This document shows, piece after piece, positions 1 to 13,773 of a DNA stretch of 64,000 nucleotides; within the stretch, counting starts at the first letter, position 1; every line of letters begins with the position of its first letter. Source of the DNA: Eledone cirrhosa (Eukaryota). The notes under the pieces are model-generated. The model did no database searches. It was not told the DNA's origin and saw only the letters and a list, made by a program, of their open reading frames with translations. The stretch is from the NCBI GenBank assembly GCA_964016885.1, contig OZ024741.1, positions 356,314,001-356,378,000 on the forward strand. The letters run 5' to 3'. A program made the position numbers and the translations under genes.

Positions 1-340
1 TGTAAAGTGTGGAATAACTAATTCACGATGTAGCGTAGTTTCTGATGAAAAGTACATATTTAATCATGTAGATGAAGGAACACCTACCCTGAAACATATA
101 GCTCGGTTATCCATAAAATATTAACATTCAACTTAACATGAGATAATTACTACACAAGATATAATATTAACTAAGGTTATGATTAACATGCAGGAATTCG
201 GTGTCGCTGGTAATGCCTCATTCTCCTGAATGATACCGGTGGCAAACATTAAAAGTCCCTGATATAATTTAATACCTTCAGAAACGCCTTTAGTTACATC
301 AATTCACTCCATCAGTTGTATCCCACACCTTGTAAAACAA
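1..340. repeat. Diverged paralogous copy of the segment at 10184-10510 (flank upstream of the ZNF exon)
   Basis: tgtaaagtgtggaa-aac-aattcacgatgtagcgtagtttctgatgaaa...gttgtatcc recurs colinearly at 10184-10510. A third partial copy lies at about 10519-10632. Confidence 0.85.
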
Positions 341-629
341 ACAACATCATCCACAAAAATAATTATTACATATCAACGAAGCAGTCTGTTACCTTGTTGC
401 TCGATGTGTTAGAAATAGCTCTTTAAAATCTTAAGTGTGTGTGTGCATATATATATATAATGTATTTCTAGTGAATGGGTATAATAATAATACTATTATG
501 CAACCAACATTATGTAGACTTATATTGTATTGAAACATATGTTAAAGAACGAACATTTGATAAAATTCTTCATTTTTCTATGCTTCGCGCCTAGTATTTG
601 TTTTTCCTATACATTTAAATATATATATA

Positions 630-1935
630 CAGGGTGCGGACGATATGTGTTCGCAGGATTACTGTCTAGGAAAAAGTAATACAGTAGTTTTATTTTTTAA
701 GATATATTTATCAAACTTGGGTCAGTTTGTCTGCAAGACTTGTTCTTTCGATCTCACTCGATAAACCCGCCATTGGCTTTGATGACGGCCTCAAGGCGGC
801 CTCGGAACCGGCTACAGGCCTTCGTCACTGTCTCCCGACTTAGGCCCCTAAAAGCACTTGTGATCCTGGCCTTCAGATCGTCTTTCGTATTGCAGCTAGA
901 TCTGTTGGTGTCTCGTTCCACTGCGCCCCACACAAAGAAGTCGAGAGGGTTGCAGTCAGGCGAGCTGGGAGGCCAGATGTCAGGTGAAGTGTGGTCGACG
1001 AAGTTCTCTGACAGCCAGGATTGGGTCTTTCGGCTGGTATGGCAGGGCGCTGAGTCTTGCTGCCACACGTACGCCCTACCTGCAGCTACCTGGTGGATCC
1101 AGGGCTTTACTACCTCGCTCAGAACGCGGATGTAGCCATCGGTGTTCAGCTTGAGGCCCTCGGGGTAGAAGTTAGGTGGCATGACGTCACCTTGACTGCT
1201 GACGACACCTAAGACCAATGTTGTCGCTTGAAACTTTTTCTGCATGACTCTGAGCACGTCTTTGGATGAGACAGCGAGCCACCTGTTGTTCAGGGAGTTG
1301 ATCTTCTGGTCTTGGCAAAAGTTTTTTTCGTCAGAGAAAAACCACAGCATGTCTGGCCCTAGTGGGTGTTTCAACGTGTTTATCAGCTTCTTTGCGTGCT
1401 TCAGTCGCTTTTCTTGCATCGCCTTTGACAGAAATTGTCCTTTCCTCATCTTGTATGAAACGTAGCGAATGTCTTCATGTACCACCAGCCTAATGAGCTT
1501 TTCATCCACGCCTTTCTCCCTTGCAATGACACGCATCAACTTGTTAGGTTCATTGTTGATGATATCTTGAACTTCAGCGGCGAACTCGGACGTTCTGAAG
1601 GCGTCAGATCGTCGATCATGTGTTTTCCTCTCTGATGTTGCTTCGTAGTAGAATCCTGAATCTTCCAATTCCTTTCTGACTTTTTCAACCATTCTCCTGC
1701 TGACGCTGAGAAAGTCTGAAATTTCCTTATTTGTCCTCAAGACGCGGAATCCAAGAAGAACTCCATGTCTCTTCCACAAATTTGGAGGTTCAAAATTATT
1801 CATAATCAATTATTCTGAAAATAAATAATGGAAATATAGTCACTGTTTTTATGATGACAAGAGTGACAACGGAAGTTTAAAAATTTGCATAAAATTAGCA
1901 GTTGAAAATTGCAAACAAATATCGTCCACACCCTG
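630..1935 (-). mobile_element. Tc1/mariner-superfamily DNA transposon, DD37D (maT) family, full length
   Basis: 26-bp TIRs at 630-655 (cagggtgcggacgatatgtgttcgca) and 1910-1935, with 3 mismatches. Sits in a (TA)n tract and encloses the transposase ORF. Confidence 0.92.
754..1809 (-). CDS. DD37D (maT) transposase, 351 aa, uninterrupted
   Basis: WFFSDEKNF / WQQDSAPCH / SPDCNPLDFFVW. Exactly 37 residues lie between the 2nd and 3rd catalytic Asp. N-terminal HTH-like region. Confidence 0.92.
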   Translation of the reverse strand: MIMNNFEPPNLWKRHGVLLGFRVLRTNKEISDFLSVSRRMVEKVRKELEDSGFYYEATSERKTHDRRSDAFRTSEFAAEVQDIINNEPNKLMRVIAREKGVDEKLIRLVVHEDIRYVSYKMRKGQFLSKAMQEKRLKHAKKLINTLKHPLGPDMLWFFSDEKNFCQDQKINSLNNRWLAVSSKDVLRVMQKKFQATTLVLGVVSSQGDVMPPNFYPEGLKLNTDGYIRVLSEVVKPWIHQVAAGRAYVWQQDSAPCHTSRKTQSWLSENFVDHTSPDIWPPSSPDCNPLDFFVWGAVERDTNRSSCNTKDDLKARITSAFRGLSRETVTKACSRFRGRLEAVIKANGGFIE

Positions 1936-2851
1936 TGTATATATATATATATATATAATATACACACACATATATATTATCATCATCATCATTGTTTTAA
2001 TGTTCACTTACCTTGCTAGTAAGGATTGGACGAATCTACATAAGCCAAGTCAGTACTGAGGCGGGGATACTGACTTTCCAGGAAAGTTTGGAGTCTGACT
2101 CACGTTCTATCAAGTGCAAAGAAGAGGTTGTCAGGTCTTTGACACTAGTGAAGAGTCCTCCCACTCCTTTGTTTCATGAGCTAACTATGGCTGGATACCC
2201 TTCCTATCACCAAACACTTTACAGTGTATACTGGATGTGTTTATCATATAGAAAATCAACACTAGGTATGTTGTCCTGTCTTTCACATAATTGAAAAGTT
2301 CTCTCAACCTTTCCCCCTCTTTTTTCTTTGAAGATGAAAACACTGAAGTGGTGGTGGTGGTGGCACTCACCAATGCCAGAAATGGGGAGGTGTGGTGATA
2401 GAGAGAATGGCAGAGTGATAGTGGAGGGGGCATGGTAAGGTGCAGTCAGTAGCTACTAAGGTGTGATAGTGAAGGGATCTAAGGGTTTTTAGTGAAGGAG
2501 ACATGAGCTAAGAAATTAATACAGGAGGGGGTATGGATGGAGTGAGGGTATTTAGTGATAATGAGGATAGCTGCAAAGGAGGGGTCATGGATAGAGTAGG
2601 GATATTTAGAGATGATAAGGATAGCTGCTAGTGGAGGGGTCATGGATGGAGTGGGAGTATTTAGTGATGTTGAGGATAGCTACTAGGGAGTGCAAGTAGA
2701 GTGGGCATGGTTGGAGTGCATAACAGTGAAGAGAGTGCCTACTAGATTGTGAACTGTGAGGAATTCAAGAGGCTTTGGAGGGGACACCAGCTAAGGAGTG
2801 AGTGTTGGTAAGGGTAGTGTAGTGATAGTGAGAAATAGCTGTTAGGGAGTG

Positions 2852-3230
2852 CTAGAGGAAGGGGGAAGGAGAATGATAACAACGGGATAGGTCAGTGTAT
2901 GCTGTTGGCCAGGTCTTCAGTAGTATAGTATTGTGCCAGCCCTTGTGGTCCTTTGTCATTTCTGTTGTGAGGTTTAGTCTTTTAAGGTAAGTTATCATAC
3001 ACACTTCCCATGTCTTCCTGGGTCTGCCTATTTCAATAGTCCTGACCACTGCAGTTTCTCTGCATTTCTTTATCCAGCTATCTTTCATATGCATCACATG
3101 TCCATACCAACGCAGTCTTTTCTGCTGCACACTACATCCAATTCCTCTTATGCCAAGTTATTCTCTCGGTTTCCTAATGCTATGCTGCTCATACACACTA
3201 ACATTACACATCCATCAGAGCATACATATA
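2852..3230 (-). mobile_element. RTE-clade LINE 3' fragment
   Basis: [12 protein letters not shown]...GRPRKTW C-terminal motif typical of the RTE ORF. Confidence 0.8.
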
Positions 3231-3524
3231 TATAACACCAACACCTCCTCTATGTTGTGAGTCTTTATATCTTCTTTGATGCTGTGAAAAGTGTAAAGCA
3301 AAATATCTCTAAATATGTTACTGGCTGAGGGCTCCTTTAACTTCCATATTCTTCTCCTCCAGGTTGCTCTGTCTCTGAGTTCATCTAGCCATAACTATAA
3401 AGACACTAGCAACTAGGTTACACAAACATGTCAAAGTTGTATTTTTATCTTCATCTACACCCATTCTGCTTCTTCACATGAATAAGATACTCCTCTGATT
3501 TGTAATCTCAGCATCACAGACTGT

Positions 3525-4345
3525 TGTCATCATCATCACCGTTTAACATCCATTTTTCCATGCTAGTATGGGTTAGAGGAGTTGTCCTATTGTTAGACAA
3601 TTCAGATCAGATGACTGTGTCTTGCTCATACAGAACTGTTTCTGGCTTGGTTTCCATAACTGGATGCCCTTCATAATGCCAACTACATATACAGTGTGTA
3701 CTGGGTGCTTTCTGTAGTATCACCAAAATAACTAGTGTGGGCTGGGCACTTTTTATCATGGCACCACAATGACTACTTTACTGTGTGGCCTGGGCACTTT
3801 TTATCATGGCACCAAAATGACAACTTTACAGTGTGGTCAGCGAGCTTTTTCTTATGGCACCAAAATGACTTCTTTACAGTGTAGACTAGGACCTTTTTGT
3901 TATGTGGACTGTATGCTTTTCGTTTTGGCACCAAGACAATCACTTTTCAATGTGAATTAGGGCTGGGGTGAGGGATGTCTGTGGGGATTTGAGAGGTAGA
4001 TTTTTAGTGGGGCACTTATCTGGTGAAGCACAGGATGTAAAGATGTGGGTGAAGTGTGGCGAGTTAAGACATGGGTGGTGGGAAGTGTGGGAATTGTATA
4101 AAAGGGAGAGGGTATGGTACGGGAAGGATGTGCATACCATGCACACTGGAGGGCAGGTTTTCTGTATTACTGCATAATGCCAGAGATTTCAATCCTGTGT
4201 CATCACTTTTGAGATGTGTAATTGAGCAAAGTCAGTTTTTATCACCTCATTCCAAGTCAGCCTACTCCATAGCTTCCATCAACTTTGAGTGTTCTGCACC
4301 TTTTTATACAGCTGTCATCCTTTATACACATCATATGTCCATATC
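3525..4345 (-). mobile_element. RTE-type LINE 3' end with 3'UTR and (GAT)n tail
   Basis: (cat)n + cgtttaac.tccatttttccatgctag.atgggttag tail is shared with copies at about 1978, 22432, 23309, 24250, 55572, 58010 and 60838. Degenerate ORF end at about 4160-4345. Confidence 0.7.
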
Positions 4346-4559
4346 AACATAATCTCCTTTCCTACACACTGTATCATATATATCATCACCATCATTATTG
4401 TTTTTACGTCCATTTTCCAATGCTTGCATGGGTTGGATGGGTCCATTTCAGCACATCTTTCTACTTTCCACATTCCTTCTGCTCAGGGCTTTCTTGGTTC
4501 ACCTCCACTGCAGCTTCATTCTACTGGGATTCCCTGGCGCTTTTTCACCCAATGATCAT

Positions 4560-5310
4560 CATCTATGCACATCAAATGAACATATCAACAGTCTTCTCTC
4601 TTACACACCACTCCAGAATCCTCTTAAACCCAGTTTCTCCCTCAGTTCATCCAAGCTCTGTCTTTCTTGCATATTCAATGAAGCATGGTTGCTTTATTTA
4701 TTTCAAGCCAATGCATATCATCTGCAGTCACTGCCCATATTTCATAACCATGTAGCATCACAATTCACACAGTCATCCTTTTGTACATAAGGAGAAACCT
4801 TTTGTTATCAACAGTGGGAATAGCTCTCTAAACCTTTTCTATCCTCTCCTTATTCTATCTATTATGCTCTCAGAGCACCCTCCTCTACCGCTAATTAAGT
4901 CACCTAGATAATAGAAGCTATCAACTACTTCTCTGGATCCTTCATGTGATTGGAAAAGGTTTATATCACAGACACTCTTCCCCTCAATTACCCGTGCATC
5001 TTTTACATACAAAGTCTTCCCTTCCTGTTAGCCTACTTGATATCCCACTACATCACTTGTGTATCCAAGATTTATATTGTGTTCAGTGTATGGAGGTTAT
5101 GCCTACTCCTTTTCTAAATATTGAACAGAGCCACTTGCATGTGGGAATTAATGTCCTCTCTTCTTTCCTACTTACTAGTATATTAGTATTGGCTAAGTTT
5201 TCTCTCAAACCTTTTGATTCCAGCTTCTGTTTCCGTAGTGAAACCTATTCTCTAGTTCTTTTGTGGATTCGGCTACAAGGACCAGATCATCCCCAAAGAT
5301 AAGTTCCCAT
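4560..5310 (-). mobile_element. Degenerate RTE LINE fragment (duplicated at about 6757-7507)
   Basis: Minus-strand VVDSFYYLGDLISSRGGCSES...WKKFRELFPLL matches the RTE at 46260-48068. Confidence 0.75.
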
Positions 5311-5968
5311 GTACAGATTACACACATCAGATTATGTTGGTGTTGCTCTCTGAAATTTCTGAGACAAGCCAAGACACAGAATTACCTCAGATGAGGTACA
5401 AGCTACAGCAGGGAATCTTGGTGTTAGTCTCTAAAATTTCTAAGACAAACCAAGACACTCACAATATTACATCTGGTGATAGAGGCTCCATCAATTACAC
5501 TCAACAGCAAATGTTGGTGTTACCCTCAAATATTTTTGAGGCATGCCAAGGCTTGGCATTACATCCAGGAATAGAGTGTCCCTCAATTACACACAACATA
5601 GAATGATCTTTCTGACTAAAAAGCGCTGATGTTTCTCCTATAGATTAAAAATTAATTTTAAAAGATAAGAATAGATATGAGCAAGATTTTAATTTCAAAT
5701 AAATTTTAAAGAATGACAAGCAATGTTTGGTATCTGTTAAACTGTCAAGCATTCACATTTGATGTTGGTGAACAATAAGTTTAGAATTATCTGAGGAAGG
5801 ATATCTCATGTTTCACAACTAAAAATTCTCCCTCCACTGTGTGTGTGGTATCCAGCTACTTCTACAAACAAAATTTCTGCATATTTCAGAGCAACAAGTT
5901 TTTCTTAAATGAGTGTACTTTTGTGTGAATTTAAATTACTGTTATTAAGAAAAGATTTCCTGCATATT

Positions 5969-6475
<507 letters not shown>

Positions 6476-8085
6476 TCAACTTTGAGTGTCCTGCACCTTT
6501 TTATACAACTGTCATCCTTTATACACATCATATGTCCATATCAACATAATCTCCTTTCCTGCACACTGCATCATATATATCATCACCATCATTATTGTTT
6601 TTACGTCCATTTTCCAATGCTTGCATGGGTTGGATGGGTCCATTTCAGCACATCTTTCTACTTTCCACATTCCTTCTGCTCAGGGCTTTCTTGGTTCACC
6701 TCCACTGCAGCTTCATTCTACTGAGATTCCCTGGCGCTTTTTCACCCAATGATCATCATCTATGCACATCAAATGAACATATCAACAGTCTTCTCTCTTA
6801 CACACCACTCCAGAATCCTCTTAAACCCAGTTTCTCCCTCAGTTCATCCAAGCTCTGTCTTTCTTGCATATTCAATGAAGCATGGCTGCTTCATTTCTTT
6901 CAAGCCAACCCATATTATCTGCAGTCACTGCCCATATTTCATAACCATGTAGCATCACAATTCACACAGTCATCCTTTTGTACATAAGGAGAAACCTTTT
7001 GTTATCAACAGTGGGAATAGCTCTCTAAACTTTTTCCATACTCTCCTTATTCTATCTATCATGCTCTCAGAGCACCCTCCTCTACTGCTAATTAAGTCAC
7101 CTAGATAATAGAAGCTATCAACTACTTCTCTGGATCCTTCATGTGATTGGAAAAGGTTTATATCACAGACACTCTTCCCCTCAATTACCCGTGCATCTTT
7201 TACATACAAAGTCTTCCCTTCCTGTTAGCCTACTTGATATCCCACTACATCACTTGTGTATCCAAGATTTATATTGTGTTCAGTGTATGGAGGTTATGCC
7301 TACTCCTTTTCTAAATATTGAACAGAGCCACTTCGCCGTGGGAATTAATGTCCTCTCTTCTTTCCTACTTACTAGTATATTAGTATTGGCTAAGTTTTCT
7401 CTCAAACCTTTTGATTCCAGCTTCTGTTTCTGTAGCGAAACCTATTCTCTAGTTCTTTTGTGGATTCAGCTACAAGGACCAGATCATCCCCAAAGATAAG
7501 TTCCCATGTACAGATTACACACATCATATTATGTTGGTGTTGCTCTCTGAAATTTCTGAGACAAGCCAAGACACAGAATTACCTCAGATGAGGTACAAGC
7601 TACAGCGGGGAATCTTGGTGTTAGTCTCTAAAATTTCTAAGACAAACCAAGACACTCACAATATTACATCTGGTGATAGAGGCTCCATCAATTACACTCA
7701 ACAGCAAATGTTGGTGTTACCCTCAAATATTTTTGAGGCATGCCAAGGCTTGGCATTACATCCAGGAATAGAGTGTCCCTCAATTACACACATAGAATGA
7801 TCTTTCTGGTTAAAAAGCGCTGATGTTTCTCCTATTGATTAAAAATTAATTTTAAAAGACAAGAATAGATATGAGCAAGATTTTAATTTCAAATAAATTT
7901 TAAAGAATGACAAGCAATGTTTGGTATCTGTTAAACTGTCAAGCATTCACATTTGATGTTGGTGAACAATAAGTTTAGAATTATCTGAGGAAGGATATCT
8001 CATGTTTCACAACTAAAAATTCTCACTCCAGCTTGTTCTAGAAACAAAATTTCCGCATATTTCAGAGCAACAAGTTTTTCTTAAA

Positions 8086-9526
8086 TCAGTGTACTTTGTG
8101 TGAATTTAAATTACTGTTATTAAGAAAAGATTTCCTGCATATTTCAGTGGAGATGTTTTCTCTAGTGTGATTTTTTTTGTGTTTATTCAAGTTATTGCTT
8201 GTCACAAAAGATTTCCCACATATTTCACAGTGGAAGGGTTTCTCTCCTGTGTGACAAAAATTCTGAGAGAAAAATTTACCACATATTTCACAGTGGTAGG
8301 CTTTTTCTCCTGTATGTATTCTTGTATGTGATATTAAGATACTGTTATGAACAAAAGACTTCCCACATAATTTACAATGATATGACTTCTCTCCAGTATG
8401 TGATCTCTTGTGTCTTGTTAAATCATTCTTACTGATAAAAGACTTACCACATATTTCACAGTGGTAGGGTTTTTCTCCAGTGTGACTGCGAATGTGGCTA
8501 ATAAGAGTAGAGTTTAGTGTGAAAGATTTCCCACATACTTCACAGTGATATGGCTTTATCCCAGTGTGTGTTCTTTTGTGTGTTGATAAACTATTGTTAG
8601 TGACAAATGATTTACCACATACTTCACAGTGGAAAGGTTTTTCTCCAGTGTGTGATCTTTTGTGTATTACTAAATGGCTATTAGAGATAAAAATGTTCCC
8701 ACATATTTCACAGTGGAAGGTTTTCTCTCCAGTGTGTGTTTGTATGTGTGTATGTATATTACTGTCACAAACAAAAGATTTCCCACATATTTCACAGTGG
8801 TAGGGTTTCTCTCCTGTGTGTGTTCTTATATGTCTATTTAGGTTACTGTCACAAACAAAAGATTTACCACATATTTTACAGTGATATGGCTTCTCTCCAG
8901 TGTGTGTTCTCTTGTGCTTTGTTAAAACACTGTTTCGGACAAAAGATTTCCCACATATTTCACAGTGATAGGGTTTCTCTCCTGTGTGTGTTCTTGTATG
9001 TGATATTAAGTTACTGTTACTGACATAAGATTTACCACATATTTTACAATGATATGGTTTTTCTCCAGTGTGTATTCTTGTATGTACTATTAAGGCACTA
9101 TTACAAACAAAAGAATTCCCACATATTTCACAGTGATAAGGCTTCTCTCCAGTGTGTGATCTATTGTGCACTGTTAAATCACAGTTAATATCAAAAGTTT
9201 TACCACAAATTTCAGTGGTAGGGTTTTTCTTCAGTGAGAATACATATATGTTTCACAATATGAGATTTCTTAGCGAACGATTTCCTACAAATTTGACACC
9301 AGAAGTGTTTGGCTTTAGAGTGTGTATCTTTGTGTGTAGATACTTCATCTTTTGAAAAGAAAGTTTTCCTACAAATCTCACAGCTGTATTCTGAAATATT
9401 TCTGTGTAGTGATCCTTGTTCAGTACATATTTCAATAAGTAAAGGTTTATCACCACTGTATGTCTGTGTAATTGTATTGGAAGAAATGGGTGTTTTAGAA
9501 ATGTTCAATTGTTTAACATCCTCCAT
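8086..9526 (-). pseudogene. Tandem C2H2 zinc-finger gene (11 intact fingers in 8086-9171 plus broken/degenerate ones), frameshifted near 9212
   Basis: Repeated [16 protein letters not shown] linkers. At about 9212 CAC TGT GAA has become CAC TGA A (2-nt loss), splitting ORFs 9212-9526 and 8086-9171. Candidate splice acceptor tattttacag at 9891-9900. This could be a pseudogene or an assembly error. Confidence 0.85.
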
Positions 9527-10632
9527 AGTAATTCTTGAAAAATTCTTAAAAGTTGAGAAATATCTGTGATTATAATATATTACAGTTCAGTTTCTTGTCT
9601 TAGATATCATCGGACTATGTTAACGTGTGAAAAATATGCAATGTAGATATATTTTCTACAAATCACGAGAATTCTTGTGGCTAAGTGAATCTTCTCCAAG
9701 AGGTATTGATACATATATATTGTTTTAGAGAAAAAGATTCCTATTTCTATGTTAAGAAATGTGGCTATGGTTAATGAATGCTATATAGTCTAAAATAATA
9801 TATATTGTCTATAAATTACTTGTAGCAGATGTTCTGGTAAAATAGTCGTTCTTCTACTACAGATTGTAATGGAACTCTCAGTTGACACAACTGTAAAATA
9901 AGAATAGATATAACAGTGTAAGACTGATATCGGGAAAGAAAATGTGTGTATGTATATATATTCGTGTGTCTGTTTATATTATCGTGTGTGTATCGATGTA
10001 TGTGTGTGTAGTCCTAATAAATCGTGATTGATTACCACGGAGTGTAGAAAAGTACACAATATCTACTGTGTTGACAATACAAATAATACGTACTTTACAT
10101 TTCAAGTCCAAGTGTAAAGTATAGAAAGACAGAGAAAGCTAATTATTCAGATGTTGGTGATTTAAACCTATTTCTCACTGTCCTGTAAAGTGTGGAACAA
10201 CCAATTCACGATGTAGCGTAGTTTCTGATGAAATGATATATTTAATCATGTAGATGATGGAACACCTACCCTGAAACATATAGCTTGGTTATCCATAAAG
10301 TATTAACATTCAACTTAACATGAGATAATTACTACACAAGATACAATAATATTAATTAAAGTTATAATTAACATGCAAGGAATTCAGTCAGTGTCGTTGG
10401 TAATGCTCAACTCTCCTGAATGACGCCGGTGCCATATGTTAGAAGTCCCTGACATAAATTAATATCTTTAGTTATATCAATTCATTCCATCTGTTGTATC
10501 CAACCCCTGGTAAAATAAGAAAGCTAATTGTTCAGACGTTGGTGATTTAAACCTATTTCTCACTGTCCTGTAAAATGTGGAACAACCAATTCACTAGGTT
10601 TCTGATGAAATGAAATATTTAATCATATAGAT

Positions 10633-11318
10633 CAGAAGTTCTCAAACGTTTTGGACCCACCGGCCAACTCACGACCACGTAATACTCTCTGCGCCCCCAC
10701 CTCAATTTCATGTGGAACCTCCTTACACGCAAATTGTTAATAACATATAATAAATAAAATCATTCATTTCTATATAATATACTATGTATAAATAAATATA
10801 TATTTTTTTATTTTACTATATTTATATATAGTATATATCATTTGATATTTAATACACTATTGTATTATATGTATACAATACTATAAATAATAAATTCATA
10901 GGGTCTCCAATCCAGCACCAAAAAAGGAGACCTTTCTACATACGCAAATATATTCTTACTCAATAAAATAATGCACAAATGTACAACCGATATCGGAGAA
11001 GTCAACAAAAACAGCCCATCCAGATAGGCGACATCAAATACTTTTTATTAGAATATTGTTTTGACAGCAATCTGGTGTCTCTAAGGTTGAGAAAATTTGA
11101 TGGCCCTGAGTAAAATGTTAAGTATAAGAAAGAACGCGAGACAAGTTTTCACACTTACAGGCGCGTTCACTTGCATGGGTAGAATGACACTTACATCCTC
11201 TCCGCTCCTCCCAGCGCCCCCTTGCTCTCTACCTCCAACTGCCCCCTTAGACCCCAGTGCCCTCTGGACCTTCTCAACGTCCCCCAGGTGGCAGTAACAC
11301 CCACTTTGAAAACCTCTT
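10633..11318. mobile_element. Putative hAT/Charlie-like MITE
   Basis: Imperfect TIRs cagaagttctcaaac ... tttgaaaacctctt. No clean 8-bp target-site duplication. Confidence 0.45.
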
Positions 11319-11329
11319 CCCTATATGGT

Positions 11330-11655
11330 GCGTAACTCAGAGATCAGGGAGTCCAAGTAGCGCCACACTAATTCTCAGTATAGAAAGATTTCAGCTCCGG
11401 TTTTATGGAAATCTAGTTAGAATGTCTAAGGAAACAATGGCAGGACAGATTTTACAGGCAAAGCCAAACAGGAGACACAGGGGTAGACGACTAGAAAGAT
11501 GACTGGATAACATCCATAAGGTCGGTAGGTCTCGCTTGAGGATCCACCCAAATCAATTGGAGATGGGTGCTTGTGATAGGATTCTCCAGAAGGCATGTCT
11601 GAGGACTTTGAATACATACATACATAGAGAATAGAATACATACATACATACATCA
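11330..11655 (+). mobile_element. RTE-like LINE 3' fragment with (ATAC)n tail
   Basis: QLRFYGNLVRMSKETMAGQILQAKPNRR. A related minus-strand copy lies at about 56250-56700. Confidence 0.65.
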
Positions 11656-11781
11656 GTTCCTGTATGAGCAAGACAAGGTCAGCCGACCGGCTACTGCCCA
11701 TAACAGGACAACCCGTCTAACCCATGCTGGCGTGGAAGAACGGATGTAAAACGGCGATGATGATGATGATGATATATATAC

Positions 11782-11930
<149 letters not shown>

Positions 11931-12179
11931 AAATAAAGTAAAATAAAAAGTCAAATGTTTAAAATTTAGCTTCGTTTATTACTGCTATATATATTTCGGT
12001 GACAGCCATCTTTGGCAGTCCGAATTAGTGTGGTATAGACAAGTACATATGTTGTTGAGGTGTATAATTTTGTCAATACTCTGATATGCTCAGTTCCTGG
12101 TTGGGTTGTTATTTCACTGAGGAACTGGAATCATATGAATTCAAACAAACGAATTTCAGTGTCAAAGGGCCTCTTCTCC

Positions 12180-12555
12180 TCTCATTGGTCAGTTGTTAAA
12201 ACATTCCTCATTCAAAAGTCTATAGAAGTTTGTTCTGAGGCAAGCCAATCGGTAGTTGTTGTTCTTGTTATTGTTAGGTACATCTGACCTCAATTCTTGT
12301 GTTGGTAGTGTTGTTATTGTTGGAGTTAGCTTAAAAAATTGATAAAGTGGTAGAAGGAACAAGGTGGTAAAGGAACAAAATAACAAAAAAATGTCAAACT
12401 TCCCATTGGTCAGTTTTGAGAGCATTCCTCAGTCAGAAGTCTATAAAAATTCTTTCTGGGGTGAGGCTCCCTGTAGTGTTTGTGTTTGCTATTGTTAAAT
12501 ACATTTGACCTCTACCATTATTTCGGTAGTGTTGTTGGTGTTGTGGTCAGCTTAT
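12180..12555. repeat. Degenerate two-copy tandem repeat, period about 221 bp
   Basis: cattggtcagtt..agtctata..tacat.tgacctc..ggtagtgttgtt..agctta at 12183 and 12404. Confidence 0.65.
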
Positions 12556-12569
12556 GTCTTGCTGCTGCT

Positions 12570-13680
12570 GACAATTTAGAAGTATTTAGAACCAAATGGG
12601 AAAAAATGGTAAATAATGACACAAATGGGACCTGTCCCTTCTATAGGAGCAAATTTTGGAATAGAATAGAAAGAACTAGGAATAAGGCTAATAGAATAAA
12701 CTCATGGTATGATAGCAATAAATACCAGAATGTAATGTTCATCGATACAACCCCTAGAGGTGAATTAGCTTACAAATTTAGAAGGGCCCTAGATAAACAT
12801 AAACTCAATATTAAGATAGAAAGACCAGGTACCTCCATAAAAACACTTATTAGCAATACATACCCTTTTCAAAGACCTCCCTGTATAGATAAGAAATGTA
12901 TAATCTGTAAATTAAGCCCCCATATTAACTGTAAAACTAGAAATGTAGTATATAGCATAAGATGTACTGAAGGACAATGTAGAGATAAAAATATAGTGTA
13001 CATAGGTGAGACAGCTCGTAGTATAGGGGAACGGATAAATGAACACTGGCGAGACCTTCAAGATAGTAAAGAATCATCTGTACTCTACCAACATGCTAAA
13101 GTAGAACATAAGGGTAAATTAGAGAACATAGAAATAAAAATAGAATCTACACACAGAAAAGACGCAATGTTTAGACAAATCACAGAGGCAATAAACATAA
13201 ATGAACTCCAACCAAAATTAAATAGAAAACATGAGTGGAACAGCAACAAAATGAAAACACACGCACATAGAACAAACAACCAGCCAGTAACATGTAAATA
13301 AACAAATAAATAAACAAATATAAACACACACAGACACCCGGATGTAACATGCGCAAACTAAGCACACAACACACACACGAAAACAAGATGGCGTAGGACA
13401 GAACAAAGGAGAGGCACAAAAACAAAGAAAAGAATCCCCAGTCACTGAAGAGGTCACAGAATGTGTGACGAAAGAACTTTGACAATATATAAACAATCAT
13501 CTGGTTGTGGAACCAACCAACCAACCGGAAATTTATAAATATATTATAATAAATTGAAGTGAAAGCAACTGGTGCGTGTGTTTCTTGTTGGCAACATGAC
13601 ACTCCCAAAGTATAACAATATCGGTTTCAACACACGTTTTCAGATAAAGAATCTTGCTAAACAAATTCAGAAACGAAATA
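12570..13680 (+). mobile_element. 5'-truncated Penelope-like element, GIY-YIG endonuclease half (tentatively Nematis-like)
   Basis: ORF to 13301: CIDKKCIIC...CKTRNVVYSIRC...YIGETARSIGERINEH...RQITEAINI...LNRKHEWN. HHR in the 3'UTR; ends at (TA)n. Confidence 0.85.
13441..13483 (+). ncRNA. Minimal type I hammerhead ribozyme (PLE 3' region)
   Basis: GUCA-CUGAAGA-G-GUCAC(agaaugu)GUGAC-GAAA-GAAC-UU-UGAC: 4-bp stem I, 5-bp stem II, vestigial stem III. Confidence 0.65.
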
Positions 13681-13773
13681 TATATATATATATACTAAGA
13701 ATAATGAGTTCTAAACTCAAGCAGTCCTTTACAATGAAATAGCTCAAAGAAAGAAGTATTTCTGAGCCGTGTA

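Noticed and set aside
740-1465. Plus-strand ORFs over the transposase (likewise those antisense to the CRE, Gypsy and PLE ORFs)
   Set aside because: Antisense shadows of real coding frames, with no independent motifs.
3690-3950. Short ~36-40 bp repeats (also at 55740-55930 and 58150-58300) that superficially resemble a CRISPR array
   Set aside because: The whole unit is repeated degenerately with no unique spacers and no cas genes. It is a minisatellite in the RTE 3'UTR of a eukaryote.
11960-12035. Possible minus-strand hammerhead (...ACC-GAAA-UAUAUA-UA...)
   Set aside because: A hairpin and GAAA are present but there is no recognisable CUGANGA core. At best a dead relic.
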